From Octopus sinensis (taxonomy: Eukaryota): a DNA stretch of 64,000 bases. Under the pieces are notes generated by a model. It did not search any database, had not been told where the DNA came from, and was given only the letters and a program-made list of their open reading frames with translations. Below are positions 1-13,300 of this stretch, in pieces (position 1 is the first letter of the stretch; the number at the start of each line of letters is the position of its first letter). The stretch is taken from contig NC_042999.1 in assembly GCF_006345805.1 (NCBI RefSeq), forward strand, positions 108,872,001-108,936,000, in the 5' to 3' direction. The translations under genes were made by a program, and so were the position numbers.

Positions 1-2282
1 TTTGCAATATAATATATATCTTTAATCTTGTGTTATCCTCTATGTGGGGCCCAATGTCACATCTTCCTTTGAATCTACTTCTACACTCTTACACTTTTTA
101 GCTAAACATACCAAAGCCTTGTGGGTGGATTTGGTAGGCTGAAACTGAAAGAAACTCATCATGTGTGTGTGTGTGTATGTGTTGGTATCTTCTTGTTTTG
201 ATATCATGTGATGGTTGTAGACAAGTGTCACTATCACACTACATGTATAGCTATTGGGAAATATTGCCTTATTTGGAAACAGGTGAGAATTGGCAATAGG
301 ATGGGCATCCAGCCATAGAACATCTGCCTCAACAAATTCTGTCCTACCCAAGCATGGAAAAATGATTAAAATGATTCTCCTCATTCTATGTTCACACTTA
401 TGTAACTACAGCTGATATCAATTTTCAAAATGTTTAAACTAAAGCTCAGCATATAAATTGACAGTGAACTTGTAACAAACAATTCTTAACCACTGAAAGT
501 CTTGTAGTAGTTGCTTATATTTTACTACATTGCATTCTATATGCCTTTTCCACAGCAACAGAAACTGTTAGAAACTGAAGCAACAACACCTTGAACTTCC
601 TCTACCTAGAGCTGTCTTAGCAGCATTTTAAGCCCGTGGGTAAATCACTGTACTGGGCCTTATAACATATATTTATTGACAGCAAGGCAAAGTACATACA
701 TTGATGACAACTGGGCCCCTGGACAATTGCCAAGTGTTTTCATGTCTTAAGACAGCATTACTTCCACCCCATTCCATAACCTCATTAATTAATGTCTTCA
801 TTAGTTCCTGCCTAGGTGAAACAATCAATCCAGTTGTTCTTTTTCTTTAATTTCCAGCTTATCCACCATATAAGTCTTTCTAACACTAGAAGTATATAAA
901 CTCAACTTGGTACTTTCTGCATCTTAATAACTGTCCCAAAAAGCTTCCCTTGCCATGATAACCTTTATTATGGTAGTAACTATACTAACATTTATCTCAG
1001 CAGCTGGTTCCTCTGGAGACAGGCTTTCTAGTCCCATTCAGCAATCCCTTGTACACATAGATCATAGAAATACATTTTTCTTTACCAAAAATGCATGTCT
1101 CTCCAATAACACCTTAATTTGTATTAACACACCTTGCATTTAAAATACTTCATCTGTTCATTGTAGTAAAGCAAAACAGGTTCTTGGTATTGTCTCCATC
1201 TATCACTGTTTATAATCGAACCAAGGCTGTTGTTTATCTCTTATGCATGTTACTCTACTCCATCTGTGGAATAGAATTTTCAACTACTTGAAAGTTATGG
1301 GTACTACAAATTATTTCTTAATTCATTACTGTAATTTTTTTTTCAATGGGAACAAAATTCAATAACAAATAAACTTAGTCATCTACAGTCTTACATCATC
1401 CTCAAATATGAAAACTAGCTAAAGAATGTATAATGTGAAAGTTACAAATATGAATTTTAATTAGAATTTCAGGAGACTAACATTTGATAACAGACACCAT
1501 TATTAAGAGAAATTAATTAATCTGTATTTATGAATAGTCAAAAATATCAATGCCACATTGATTTACATTGTATTCAAGTGAATTTTCAAAGATTAAATAT
1601 AGAAAAGTATTTCATCAGTTTGATATGCTAAAATCAATATCTTTCAAACTTAACTTGGAATGATATGCTTTAAAATTCATTTAAATAGATGTCTACTTAT
1701 TTCACCTATTACTTTTACATTAAAAGTTTATAGACATGGCTCTCTGGGCTAAGAATTTCACTTTCCAATTATGATTTAGTGTTCAGTTCCACTGTGCAAT
1801 GCCTTGGGCAAATGCTTTCTACAATAGCCCTAGCTGAGTAAAGCATTGTGAGTGGATTTGGCTGATGGAAACCAAAAGAGCCTGTCATATATATATGCAT
1901 GTGTATGCTGTCTGAGCATGCTTGATGAGATGGTGATGCATGTGTGTGTGTGTGTGTATTTGGAAATATATATATAATGATTGATGAAAGAAACAAGACA
2001 GATTTAGCACTAGTCTTTATTCAGTACAACAATCATTTTGTCCCATCCTGCAATTGTCCATTATGGGTAGGATTCTGAGCATCTAATTGTGCTGCATCAA
2101 TCTATGCAGTTTGTGTCACATCAGGTACATGCATAAAGAAGGGGATGTTCCGCTAGATATACTGAGATATCTTAGGCATGTTGTTTGTGCCTGCTGTATT
2201 GCTGTATTTTGGTTATGGCTGTCTACAGTTGTCCATGGGTATATAACATATAATTAAAATCATATATATATATATATAAAGA

Positions 2283-2625
2283 GAGGTTGTGTGATTGAGA
2301 AGATTGTTTCCCGAACATGTGGTCATGACTTCAGTCCCACAGCATGGTATCATGGGCAAATGTCTCCTACTATAAGCCCTGGGCAGATCAAAACCTTGTA
2401 GGGAGGTTTACCTGTGGAAACTGAAAGAAGCTTGATGTGTGTGTGTGTCAGCATTTGTCTTAACTAGTGTTGATTTGTTTACATTCTCATGACTTAGCAG
2501 TTCTGCAAAAGAGGCTGATAGAATGAATAACAGGCTTTAAAAATAAGTACTGCAGCCAATTTGACTATACCCATCGAGATGATGCTCTATCATTGCTGCA
2601 GTCCAATGAATGAAACAAGTAAAAG
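2283..2625 (+). mobile_element. tRNA-derived SINE (abundant cephalopod family with internal (TG)n/(TA)n), decayed copy
   Basis: Head ggttgtgtgattgagaagattgtttcccgaacatgtggtcatgacttcagtcccac, then gggcaaatgtctcctactataagcc and a tail matching more than 15 other copies in this window. Confidence 0.8.
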
Positions 2626-2789
2626 ATAAAACATATTTACATTTGCACCTTTTTACCATGTCAGCCAATCATCTGGCTTTGCACTTTTTGAAGACATAAA
2701 AAAATCAGGTAAGCTTAGTGACAGAAATGGCATCCAACTATAAAAGAGTGCCTCCATAATATATTCAACTAACCCATGCTACGGATAAA

Positions 2790-3040
2790 GGATAAAGTTC
2801 CTTCCCAAGTCATATAGACTCATAGAGCCAATTTTTGTGGTATATATATATATATATATATATTCCCCACTGGATGGGATGTTGGTCTGTCACAAGATTA
2901 CTCATTTTTGCCAGCTGAATGGACTGGAGCAACATGAAAATGAGATGTTTTGCTCAAGAACACAATGCATTGCTCAGTCCAGGAATTGAAACCACAATCT
3001 TACAATCAAGAGTCCAACACCCTAACCACTAAACCATGTT
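2790..3040 (-). mobile_element. tRNA-derived SINE with CORE-like central domain
   Basis: The reverse strand reads a tRNA-like head (B-box-like ggtttcaattcc) followed by ttgtgttcttgagcaaaacatctcattttcatgttgctccagtccattcagctgg, which resembles the MIR/CORE domain. A related + copy lies at about 16585-16690. Confidence 0.6.
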
Positions 3041-3235
3041 CTTCTACAAGCATGGAAAAAAAACAAAAACATCCATCTAAAAATGAATGAATGAATTCCA
3101 TGTTTGTTAAATATCCATAAAGTCAAGTGATTAACTCCATATATCAATGTCAACTTCTAGTTTTAATTAAAATACTTTAACCCAGAAAACATTTCATGTA
3201 TATATTTTAAAATTTAAATTTTATTTGATTTTCAG

Positions 3236-3545
3236 ACAATATGATAGTGCTCTAGAGGACCTAAAACAAGCAGTGTTTTTAGTCCCTAACAATGCAGAAC
3301 TTCAACGTTTATTGTTAAGGTTACGCAGTGAATGTCTGGAGCAAGCTAACATCTTGAAAGAAACACCAAGTGAAAGCACAGATGTACAGTCTACCACTGT
3401 ACTACCTGTTGAAACCAATAACACTTCTGCTGCTGCCATTACAGAACCTGCCCCTGCTGTTACCATTATACATCCTGAAACTGAAGATGGAGAAGTTTGT
3501 TCAAGTTCATCTGTTGTTACCTATAGGGAAGAAACAGCCCTCTGA
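3236..3545 (+). CDS. TANC2: Terminal coding exon of a TANC1/2 / rolling pebbles-like ankyrin-TPR scaffold protein (last TPR helix + short tail)
   Basis: Acceptor ttttcag at 3229-3235, phase 2. Translation (R)QYDSALEDLKQAVFLVPNNAELQRLLLRLRSECLEQ matches the end of the TANC TPR region as I recall it (RQF..ALEDL.EA..L.PNN.EIQRLLLR...EC.Q). Stop TGA at 3543-3545. Upstream exons are not in the window; the orthologue label TANC1 vs TANC2 cannot be resolved. Confidence 0.8.
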
Positions 3546-4285
3546 TATTTTGCACATAAAATCCTCTAGATTTATCACAGAATTAAGGTTTAAAAGGGGA
3601 TATTCTGTGATTTGTATTTTTTCTCCCCCAATTCAAAAGTACAAAGCAATATATTTCTTTGAAGGATATTCTGAAGATTTTCAAGAGAGGAAGTCTTAAA
3701 TTTTGCCAACTCTATTTATTAAAACATTAGAAGTAATATTATTTGGATAAGTAAACTAGGAGTACAAAGAAAGTAGGGTATTCAGTAAATATTTAAATTC
3801 TTTTACTGAATATTTTGATTGCATCATTGGATCTTTCAGTTGAACACATTTCAAACAAAAATCATCTGCAAGTTATTTAAGCATAGTTTGAAACTGTTCT
3901 TGTTTCATTTTTTTTCTCCCAAATAAAACAATAACTTATTTGTAAAGATTTTTAAAACCACCTTCTTGACATTAACTGATATCTTTTGAAATATATAACT
4001 TCTTGATTTAAAGTAATGAATGGCAGTTGATTGCTTTTACTTATGATAAATATTATAATTGTTAATTATTAACATGTTAAAAAATTGTTTTACATGTATA
4101 TCTTTGTTCAACAAGCTGTGATGTCAAATTAAATTTTATTTTTTTGTCATAAATACTTATTTTAATCTAAAAACATAAAACTAATTCATTTAGTGAACTT
4201 AATTTTTTTTTCCGGTCAATTTGCTGTCAGAAAGATAATATATAGTAAAAGTTATCAGAAACTATATATATATTATATATATATA

Positions 4286-4328
<43 letters not shown>

Positions 4329-7300
4329 TATATATATATATAAATATATATGTATAATATTCCAGCTGCATGTTCCTTTATTAAAGAATTTTAAATTCTA
4401 ATTACTTTTGATTTTTAAAATGTTTGAAATTTATATTCCTTTCTAGTTATTTGCTCTAGCGCAAAGAAAATGTGAATATTCTTTGAAAATTAGAAAAAAA
4501 TATTCTTGGCTGTTAGTAGAAAAAAGATATTTGTTATGAATTGTATGGCTTCTCCCCTCAGCCAAATCCTGCCATGATTTCTTAATATATAACTCACTGT
4601 GATCAAGATAAGCTGTTTTGAGTATTTTCTTTTCCAAATTTGTTTTTAAATCCTTTGCAAATTAACGTAAAAGGAGAAAATTAACTATCTAAGTCTGTGC
4701 TAATTAAACCAAACCAAATGCATGTAAATTTTCATTTTTTTTTTTATCTACAAACTGTCAATTTCTTTAATCATACACAACAGACGCAAAAATACATAGA
4801 TGTGACTCCTTCTCAATGAAAATCTTTTGATTATCCTATGAAAAAAAAAATCATTTAAAATAAAAGCTGTTTTTAAGATACTAGCTTTGCTCAGAGAAGA
4901 GATATTTGTTGACACCATATCCTTAAAGGCTAAATGAATGAATAATCTTAATTTTTGTTTTTAAATCTGCTCTCTTTGAGAATATAATAGTAAGTTGTAT
5001 AGTCATGCCAAATAAAGTATTTATTTTATTACATATATGCACCAAATTGACAACAGATTATTTTCTATTTCTAGCAAAGAAAAATTTGTTCACATTTCAT
5101 TTCCTTTGCTAAGTATGGAAAACTAATCTTTACATGGGGAAACTTTTGTCTTTAAAAAACTGCTAATCGAGATAAACATATTTAAAAAATTGTAGATTTA
5201 TGGTTTATATTAAATTTATATGCCTGAACGTTTATTTATTTTTTGTTTATTTTGATGGGGTGGGGTCTTGTGTATTATATATCAATTAGATATGATGCGA
5301 AAAACATCTTACAAACAAATCTCTACAAAATGTAGTAAAATTAATTTTGGTTTCATCTACAATAAAATATTTAGTTAGCTGGAATTATATTACGTTAATG
5401 AAGTATGGCTTACGAGAGAGACAAGACTTAACTGATTCATTACTCGATGAAAATGATCTTGAAAGAGAAAACAAAATTTCATTTCATTTTTTATTTTTAC
5501 AATTACATTTAATATAGCTGTTATAAAAACAATATTTAGTCTTATTAACATTGGCAACAGAATAACAAGTCAATGATGCTAAAAAGGGAATCAAATGAAT
5601 CTATTTTTATACCATTTGTATTTGATATCCTACTCTTCTGCCATTTTATTATTTGTGACCAGCTTATTTTGTTGCCTGGTTAACACAACTCTAAAGCACA
5701 TACACATGTTAATATATTCTTAAAAATGGGAAATATATGTAACTCCAATGAATGTAACCTGCAGCCTGATTGTATTACTTGTAACAAAATAGAGCAGATT
5801 TTTAAACGCTAACTAAGATCAATTTCCTTGTTTAAAACAATAAACAAAAAGGTAAATTTTGTGCTTAATTTTCGTGTACTGATGGTCTTTTATAACAAAG
5901 ACCATCAAATTACTGTCTTTCAGGAGAACTGGTCTGCCTAATATCTCTTATCTTCAACAAAGTGTAGGCTGTTGCGTGATAAACTGGTTCACAGCAGATT
6001 AGAATATATTTTATTGTTCTGTACACTACACCAATTCTTCTAACTTGCTACCAGGTAATAATGGCTCAGTTTTCTCTTGTTACAATATTTGATGAAAACA
6101 AAAAGAAGCACTCTGTATAAACAAATCTTGAGACTTGTAAAAATCCCATTCATAGCTGATATAATTGATGTTAATTCTCTGAGTGAATCTCCAGGGTCTC
6201 TATGATACATTTTCTTAAAAGCTTTATATAAGTAAACAAGCCCATTCCATTGGTCAGATCTCAATTATAATTGTACAGTTCACATTTTTACAAAAAATAT
6301 TTCAATCCTTAAAGCTAATGATCTATACGTAAAATATATATAATTAATTTATAATTCTGAATCATTGAAACCATGTCAGTAATGTTAATTTTTCAATTAA
6401 AAATTAACAATACAAGATTCCTAATATTTAAATGAAAACAGCTTACAAAACTAGTTTTCTGAAGATGAACAGATTGATCTTAAGAAAATCAAATTACTCT
6501 TTTAAAAGCTGGAGTATTTCACACGCAGCTAAATTCTCTCATAAATGAGAAATTATCCTATTGAATTATAATATAATTATGAAATTAATTAAAATATATA
6601 CTTCCTATATCTGTACATTATTTATTTTTATCATTATGCTCATGACTGAGGTTAGACATCATTGGTTTTAGGGGCAAATCTTTTATCTCATCGAATAAAT
6701 TTGTTACAAATATGTAACAATGTCCAGCATGATAATATGAAGCAAGTTCATATGTGTTTAGTAAACGATGATATAAAACACTAAAGCTTTTGAATTTCGA
6801 GAAGATTATAAAATGTAGGGACCAAGCAAATAAGTTATATTACATACCTATGCTTGTTAATATCTTTCACATTTTATTTCCTTGCTTAACCAGCTTGCTC
6901 TTTGAATAGGTTGGTTAAGCAAGGCTGTCCATATAGGTTCAAAGACTTTCAAATTTTAAATGGGAAAGGTTGTTATAAGATTTAACAAATTTTGACTGCT
7001 ACATTGAAAAGCAGTTTGTGGTGCTCTGAACTTCACATATTAAACAAAATATTTGGTTAATTTGAGTCTTCTGGTTATGAAAGGATTTCAGTTTAGTTGC
7101 TTTTGCAAACTCAAGTAGTATGAGTCAAGCTGCATGTTATATAATTTTTCAAAAGTGTTATTTTCAAAACGATATACCCCACTCCCACTAAAAAATTATT
7201 TCAAACAAAGCTGCTCTATAGTTAGGACCCTGCTGTGTCATTATTATTCTGGTACCAAGTATTGTTTATTAAAGAGAAAAAAGATTTTGAAAAGTTATTT

Positions 7301-8679
7301 CTCTTTAGTTTTTCTCCCAGACTACCAAGTGTTTGGGTAAGTGATTGTATCCAGGCTGCTGTATACCTGTTGTTTGTTGTCATTTCCTGTTATGATGGTT
7401 GTAAACATTGTTGAAGCTGAGAATAATCATGTCAACTTAAAGCTGTGCAGGTTTGTTCGCTAGTGCCTTCCTAGAAGTCTTGCTCGGATCTATACCTGGA
7501 ACCAAATCAACGTCCTTCCTTTCATTTCTGTTTGGTCACTTGGACCATAACAGTAAGCCATTAAATCAGGCTGCAGACATGTTTACTGTTGAAACTTGTA
7601 GTCAGTGCTTGTAAATACACTTGTTTGACCCTTGATTTTTTTGTCTGTTATTTTTTATTTATTTTCTTCAATCTCATTTGACAATATTTTCTAGGTAACT
7701 TACATTGCATTCTGTTGTCATTCAATGACCAATTATTATAACTGTTTGCTAAGTGAATTTGTGTTGTTGTTTTTTTTTAAATATACAAATTGCTCTAATA
7801 TTTTTTGGTACAAATATTTTTATTATCTTAGAATTAGATTTTAAAAAAATATTTAGTATATTAACAGCAAATGGATTGGTTCCGCTCATCCCCTTGAAAA
7901 GCAATATTAGCTTTTGAATGTGCAATATTTGAGCTGAAATGTTATATCGGTTGTGACTCAAAACAGCTTTCTTAAGTATTGCTTTTATCCTTTGCTAATT
8001 CACATTAGTCAATAGTAAATATAATGCAATGCTATTAATTTTTAATATCATTATTAATTTCCAGCTCTTTATGTTCAATTCCTACTGAGGTTAACTTTAT
8101 TTTATCAACCCTGGAGGGATGAAAAGGCAAAGTACCAGTCAAGTACTGGAGTTGATAGAATTGACTCCTCAAACCTGCTGGCCTTATGCCATAATTCGAA
8201 ACAATTATTATTATTTTAAATAATCCTGGTGATGTATAAATAAGGAAGAAAAATTTATCTTTTTAACTCATTTGTGGTCTTGGAAATTCTGATTTATTAC
8301 TATCTGTTTATTACTAATAAATAGAATTTTTCTTCTTTCCATTTAGATTAATAATTAACAGTGCAAGAAATTATTTCAAACTGATAAAGATCAGAAGTTT
8401 AAAAGTTCATTTATCTAACACATTCGTTATATTTTCATGTCAAATCTAATCCAAGAAATTTGTAGTTTAATTTTAAAATGTTTCCTCATAGATTTCTCTT
8501 TAGAAAAAAAAAAAGTTCATTCAAAGCTGAAAATTAATTTACCATTATCATTGTTCTCCAGCATTTATTGATACTCTACTTTTACAAGAACCACAAAGGT
8601 TTATATGCCAACTAAACCATTTTCTTCAAACCTACACAAAGAAAATTAATCTAACGGGCAACTTAAAGCAAGGGAGGTA

Positions 8680-8737
<58 letters not shown>

Positions 8738-10275
8738 ACAGAATTATTCAGGGAAGTACTCCCAAATTATTATTTATAAAAATGTATTTGTTTGCACAAA
8801 TTTTAAATTGTTTTCAACACAGTGAGAAATTCACATTAAATATATTATACTGTATTTATGTTATTGTGATAACCTCACAATAGCAGATAATTATAGCTCA
8901 GGTCTGTCAACATATCCAAAATATAGTTTAATCCTTGCTTTTACAACCTCACAGTCCCTAAATATTCAATTGTCTTAAGTAAATAAAAGAAAACTTTCTT
9001 AAGCCAAGTAATACTAAGCTTACATGAAGATTTAATATCTCCTCTTATTTTAGAACAGATTTGATGAGAGAAGAAAAAAATGGAATTTGAATAATCAAGA
9101 ACAAGTCTAATAATAATAATATGAACACTTATTGAAAAACAATTAGTTTTATTGTAATATATACACTACTCTCATCTGAAAATAGAAAATAAATGTAGTT
9201 AATAATTTTAGAAAATATTTAATATTTTTTCATAACAAATAGTTAAAGATATTAAATACCAAGATTTTACAATAAGAACAACAAAAATCTCATTTATTTT
9301 GTTGTTTGTCAATGCAATATTTTCTTTTTATATAGTCACAAAAAGATCTAACAGAATGATTTGCCTAATCCAGGCCCGTGTATTGCAAGTTACAGACAAA
9401 CTGTACTTAAGTCATAGATCCAGCAAAACCCATTTTAATAATGGGATTGAACCATCAATCCTTCAACCAATAGTAGACTAAAATTTTATCAATCCAGCCA
9501 GTCACAGCTCTATTATCAATCATTTACTACGTTAATTGCTGAAGTGTTGAGTCAGTTTTAAAAATGTTAAAATTTGGCTCCTTTAATAACTGTTTTTCTC
9601 AAAGAGTTCATTAGGTATTAATTGGAATCTCTTTCATCAAGATTTTTTGACTCTTGTTTTAAGCAAACCTAAATTATTTATTCCTTAAACTGCAAATTCA
9701 ATAAATAGATAAAACTTATTTCATTCATCTATCAGTTTAGCAGGTTTTCTGTCATTAATGATTCTGATTCATTGTCATGCACCCAGTGGCTTCTGCACCA
9801 TACAAGACTAAGTTTCCATCATTCGGAAAATAGGTTCTATACTTTCTAGTTAACATTGCTTGTCATGCCATTGTGCTTCTGCAGTCACTTTTTGTATTAG
9901 CTATTCTTTAAGCATGATATATTGCTTGGTAATGCTGAACCTTTCATAAACCTTAGGGTTTTTTTATTCCAATGATATGCAACACTAGTTTCGGTTGTTG
10001 TACTAAGAAAAAAAATTCTTGGTTAGGACATTCATTTATAGTGTGTAACTTTACCAAAACATTCTGGCATTTCCCATAATCTGATAAATTAAGGCACATG
10101 ATAGATAAATTGCCCTGTGCAAAGATACAACAAAATGTCTGTAGTTGGACATCTACTTCAGTCAATATTTCATTAATTTATCCAGTTAGTCATTTCAATT
10201 GAATATTACTAGTTAGATTAAAGAAATAAAATAGATTTTGTCTATTTCAAATAACAAATCTAAAAGAACTCTTAC

Positions 10276-10383
10276 CTAAAGTCGTCTCTGTTTACGAGGT
10301 CGCTCATTGCAATAGGTGATAGGTGTTGTATCAGTCAAAGATACAATATTTAAACCAGCTAACTGTAAACCCTTTATTGCAGG
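10276..10383 (-). CDS. MRPS11: MRPS11 last coding exon (PAIKGLQLAGLNIVSLTDTTPITYCNERPRKQRRL*)
   Basis: Acceptor attttcag. uS11 C-terminal GL.I.S.TD.TP...RP.K.RR motif. Stop TAG at 10278-10276. Confidence 0.93.
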   Translation of the reverse strand, partial: PAIKGLQLAGLNIVSLTDTTPITYCNERPRKQRRL

Positions 10384-13300
10384 CTGAAAATAAAAATATT
10401 TTTGATATTAATTATTAAATGGAAAAAAGAAGAAATGTAAATGCTATACATGATGTCTGTCCATATAATTTAGAAATGTACCTACAGATGTTCAAATTCA
10501 AGATTAGCTTTCTAATTTATTTCTTGCCAAGTGGTTTATAGCTGAAGTTACTAAAGCAAGTTGAGATGCAATAAATTCTATTTCACACACACAGACATGG
10601 TTTCTTGTGAGAAACCATAGTTTCCATAAACTGAAAAATGAAATAAAGAAGCACTTTTGTTTAACATCAGGTCAACCATCATTGAACAAATGACACTACC
10701 ATTTTTTTTTTTTTCAGGTATCTTGTATGTAATATTACACTACCTAATGTAGTTTTAGTTACTATTTTTTAAGAAGATGTGATTCAAAAGGAAATTTAGC
10801 TGCTGACTCTAACAGGTCAAACAGTCATCTAGTGGCTTCCATGTTGGCTCAAGATTCTACGTACCTGTTTACCCTGCTAACTGCAGCAGCTAAATCCTCT
10901 CAACAAACTTCCTAATTAATAAAGATGGGGACAGCCACACCTAAAACGTATCTTGCAATATGATAGCCACACCTGGAATTTTAGCTCATGCAATGAAAGT
11001 TGACCTAAATTGACAAATAAACATTTCAAATTTGCAGAGCAGGACAAGCAGGTTATTAGATATCCAATCACTTCCATTCATATTTAATTTAAAATTAGGA
11101 GTTACTGATTTTGATTTTAAATAAATCAGTGGGTTTTTTTTAGACAATGTATACACACAACTTAAACATACCAACACAATGTGTACATGTACATAAATCT
11201 TCATCGTGTATAAGTAAAATTTAAATTGATTCTTTAACCACAGGTTAATTGCCTATCTTCACATTGAGTTACACAAAAACATACAGGTATCTTGTGTAAA
11301 TGTTACAATTTTAAATGTGTAAATGTGTGTGAACCATGACAACTATTACAGTATATTTCTTAGTGAACAGAGTTCAAAACACCATTTAGATTTGGAACCA
11401 CTTCACCAAAACTACACCTGCAATCTTGCACAGTTTTTTTTATAAAGACATTTTATGCGAATGTATCAAATACTCATTTAGTACAAAAACAATAAGCAAT
11501 TCTCTATCAACAAATTTTTGAAGATAATTACATTAAATTACTTCAATTACATATAATAAAACAATAAAAGTATAATTACAAAGCGTCCTGGACCAATGCC
11601 TTGTACAGCTACTCGTACATTCTTTATACCTTCAGTGATGGCTTTCTGTGGAAGAAAAGTAAATTAGTATCTACATTACAAATCCATGATTAGCTCTCCA
11701 TAAGAAAATTAACTATTTTTCTTTCTATTGAATTTCAGTTTATGTAATTACATAGACGTGATTGAAATAGTTGGACCATGAGAACATGGTGGAAGAGTAT
11801 TAGAAGCAAGACTGATTAGATGTCAGTGTAGAAGTTACTTAAGACATATTCATAAACAAGCATAAAATCACTACACAGTGACCTCTATCACTACCTGTTT
11901 ACTCCCATCTAACACTCTTAGGAAAGCATTTACTTTTTCATTCCCTCCCATGACCCACTGTCATTATTCTTACTTATGCTCTTCTTTTTGTTCTTTGAGA
12001 GTTTGCTCTAGTACCCTATTACTACCTACCTTCTATCTTTTTCTGCTCTGTATCTCCTCTATAGGAAGACACCTGTGCTTGTCCCTCTATCATATTTTAA
12101 ACCTTTCAACACCTGGCATAAAGCTGCCCAACATCACCTTCACCTCCCAAATACTTCCTCTTAGTATTAGGTTTTTTTCCTTTCGTTTTCCTTTGTTCTT
12201 TTCTGTCCTGCAAATTACATGGCAACCTCCCTAGAGCTGGTAGCATGAAAAAAGCACACAGTACACTCTGTAAAGTAATTGCTATTAGGAAGGACATCTA
12301 ACCATAGAAACCAAGCCAAAGATGACATTGGATCTCCATACAGATAAGTAGCTTACTGGTTCCCTGTCAAACCATCCAACCCATGCCAGCATGGAAAGAA
12401 GACTTTAAAAGATGGTGATTATAAGAATTAATTTGAACCAGAAAAGGACAACTGCCCAATTAATGAGGAATTTAAAGTACATTTCCCTGGTAGGGCAACA
12501 GTGGGAGACAGTATGACTAATTATACTACAAAGTGCCTGCCATTTTTTCTCTCTCAAATTAAATCTATTTTTTCAGTGCCAACTGATCAGTTACTTAGCA
12601 TAGCAAGATAGGTTATAACAACATATTCAAATATGATATATACTTATATCCAACGTAATGTACTCCAACTTAAAGAATTAACTGCTAATTTTTTTAAAAT
12701 CTTAAATGTAAAATTACTGTATCAAAAATTAGGTTAAAAAAATATGGGAGTTTCTTATACATGGATAGTATTATTAGCCCTTACAAAACATTTTTTCCAA
12801 ATTTTAAACCCCAAAAATTAAGGGAATCCTTATATACACGTTAAAATATGGTATATTAGACATTATGAGCACTAATTTGAGAAAGGAAAGAGCAACAGGC
12901 CCACTGGAAAAACTTCAACAATGTACCCATTGCTTGTCATTAGCAATTCTTTATAATAAAAATAAATACTGAAAATTAACCCAAAATTATGTCATTAAGC
13001 TATTTGTATATGAGAGGGATACAAGCATGAATGGTGCTTATTGCGTGCCACCAGCACGGGAGCCAGTCAAGCGGCACTGGATTCAGCCACAACTACAATT
13101 TCCATTTGAATGTGATTTGATTTGATTTGATTTGGTTTTACTTGACTCACTAGTTCTCCTCAAGTACAGCATGTCGCCCGACGATTCAAAGGTACTTTTT
13201 AAATGGGCTGGTTATGCGACACTGGTGTAGGCTACGGCTGTGATTTCACTTTTCTTGCCAGGTCAGGAAAATGTATTATCCAGTTACAAAACATTTGTCA

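Noticed and set aside
5880-5907. 11-bp perfect hairpin tgatggtcttt-tataac-aaagaccatca between the convergent genes
   Set aside because: An isolated short stem of a kind expected by chance in 64 kb of AT-rich DNA, with no known motif.
6040-6264. 74-aa ORF, and the 118-aa ORF at 11878-12234
   Set aside because: No recognisable domain and no consistent splice sites. The latter reflects a pyrimidine-rich low-complexity tract.
9729-9823. Possible C/D snoRNA on the minus strand (ATGATGG...CTGA)
   Set aside because: Imperfect C box, no terminal stem and no recognisable rRNA-complementary guide.
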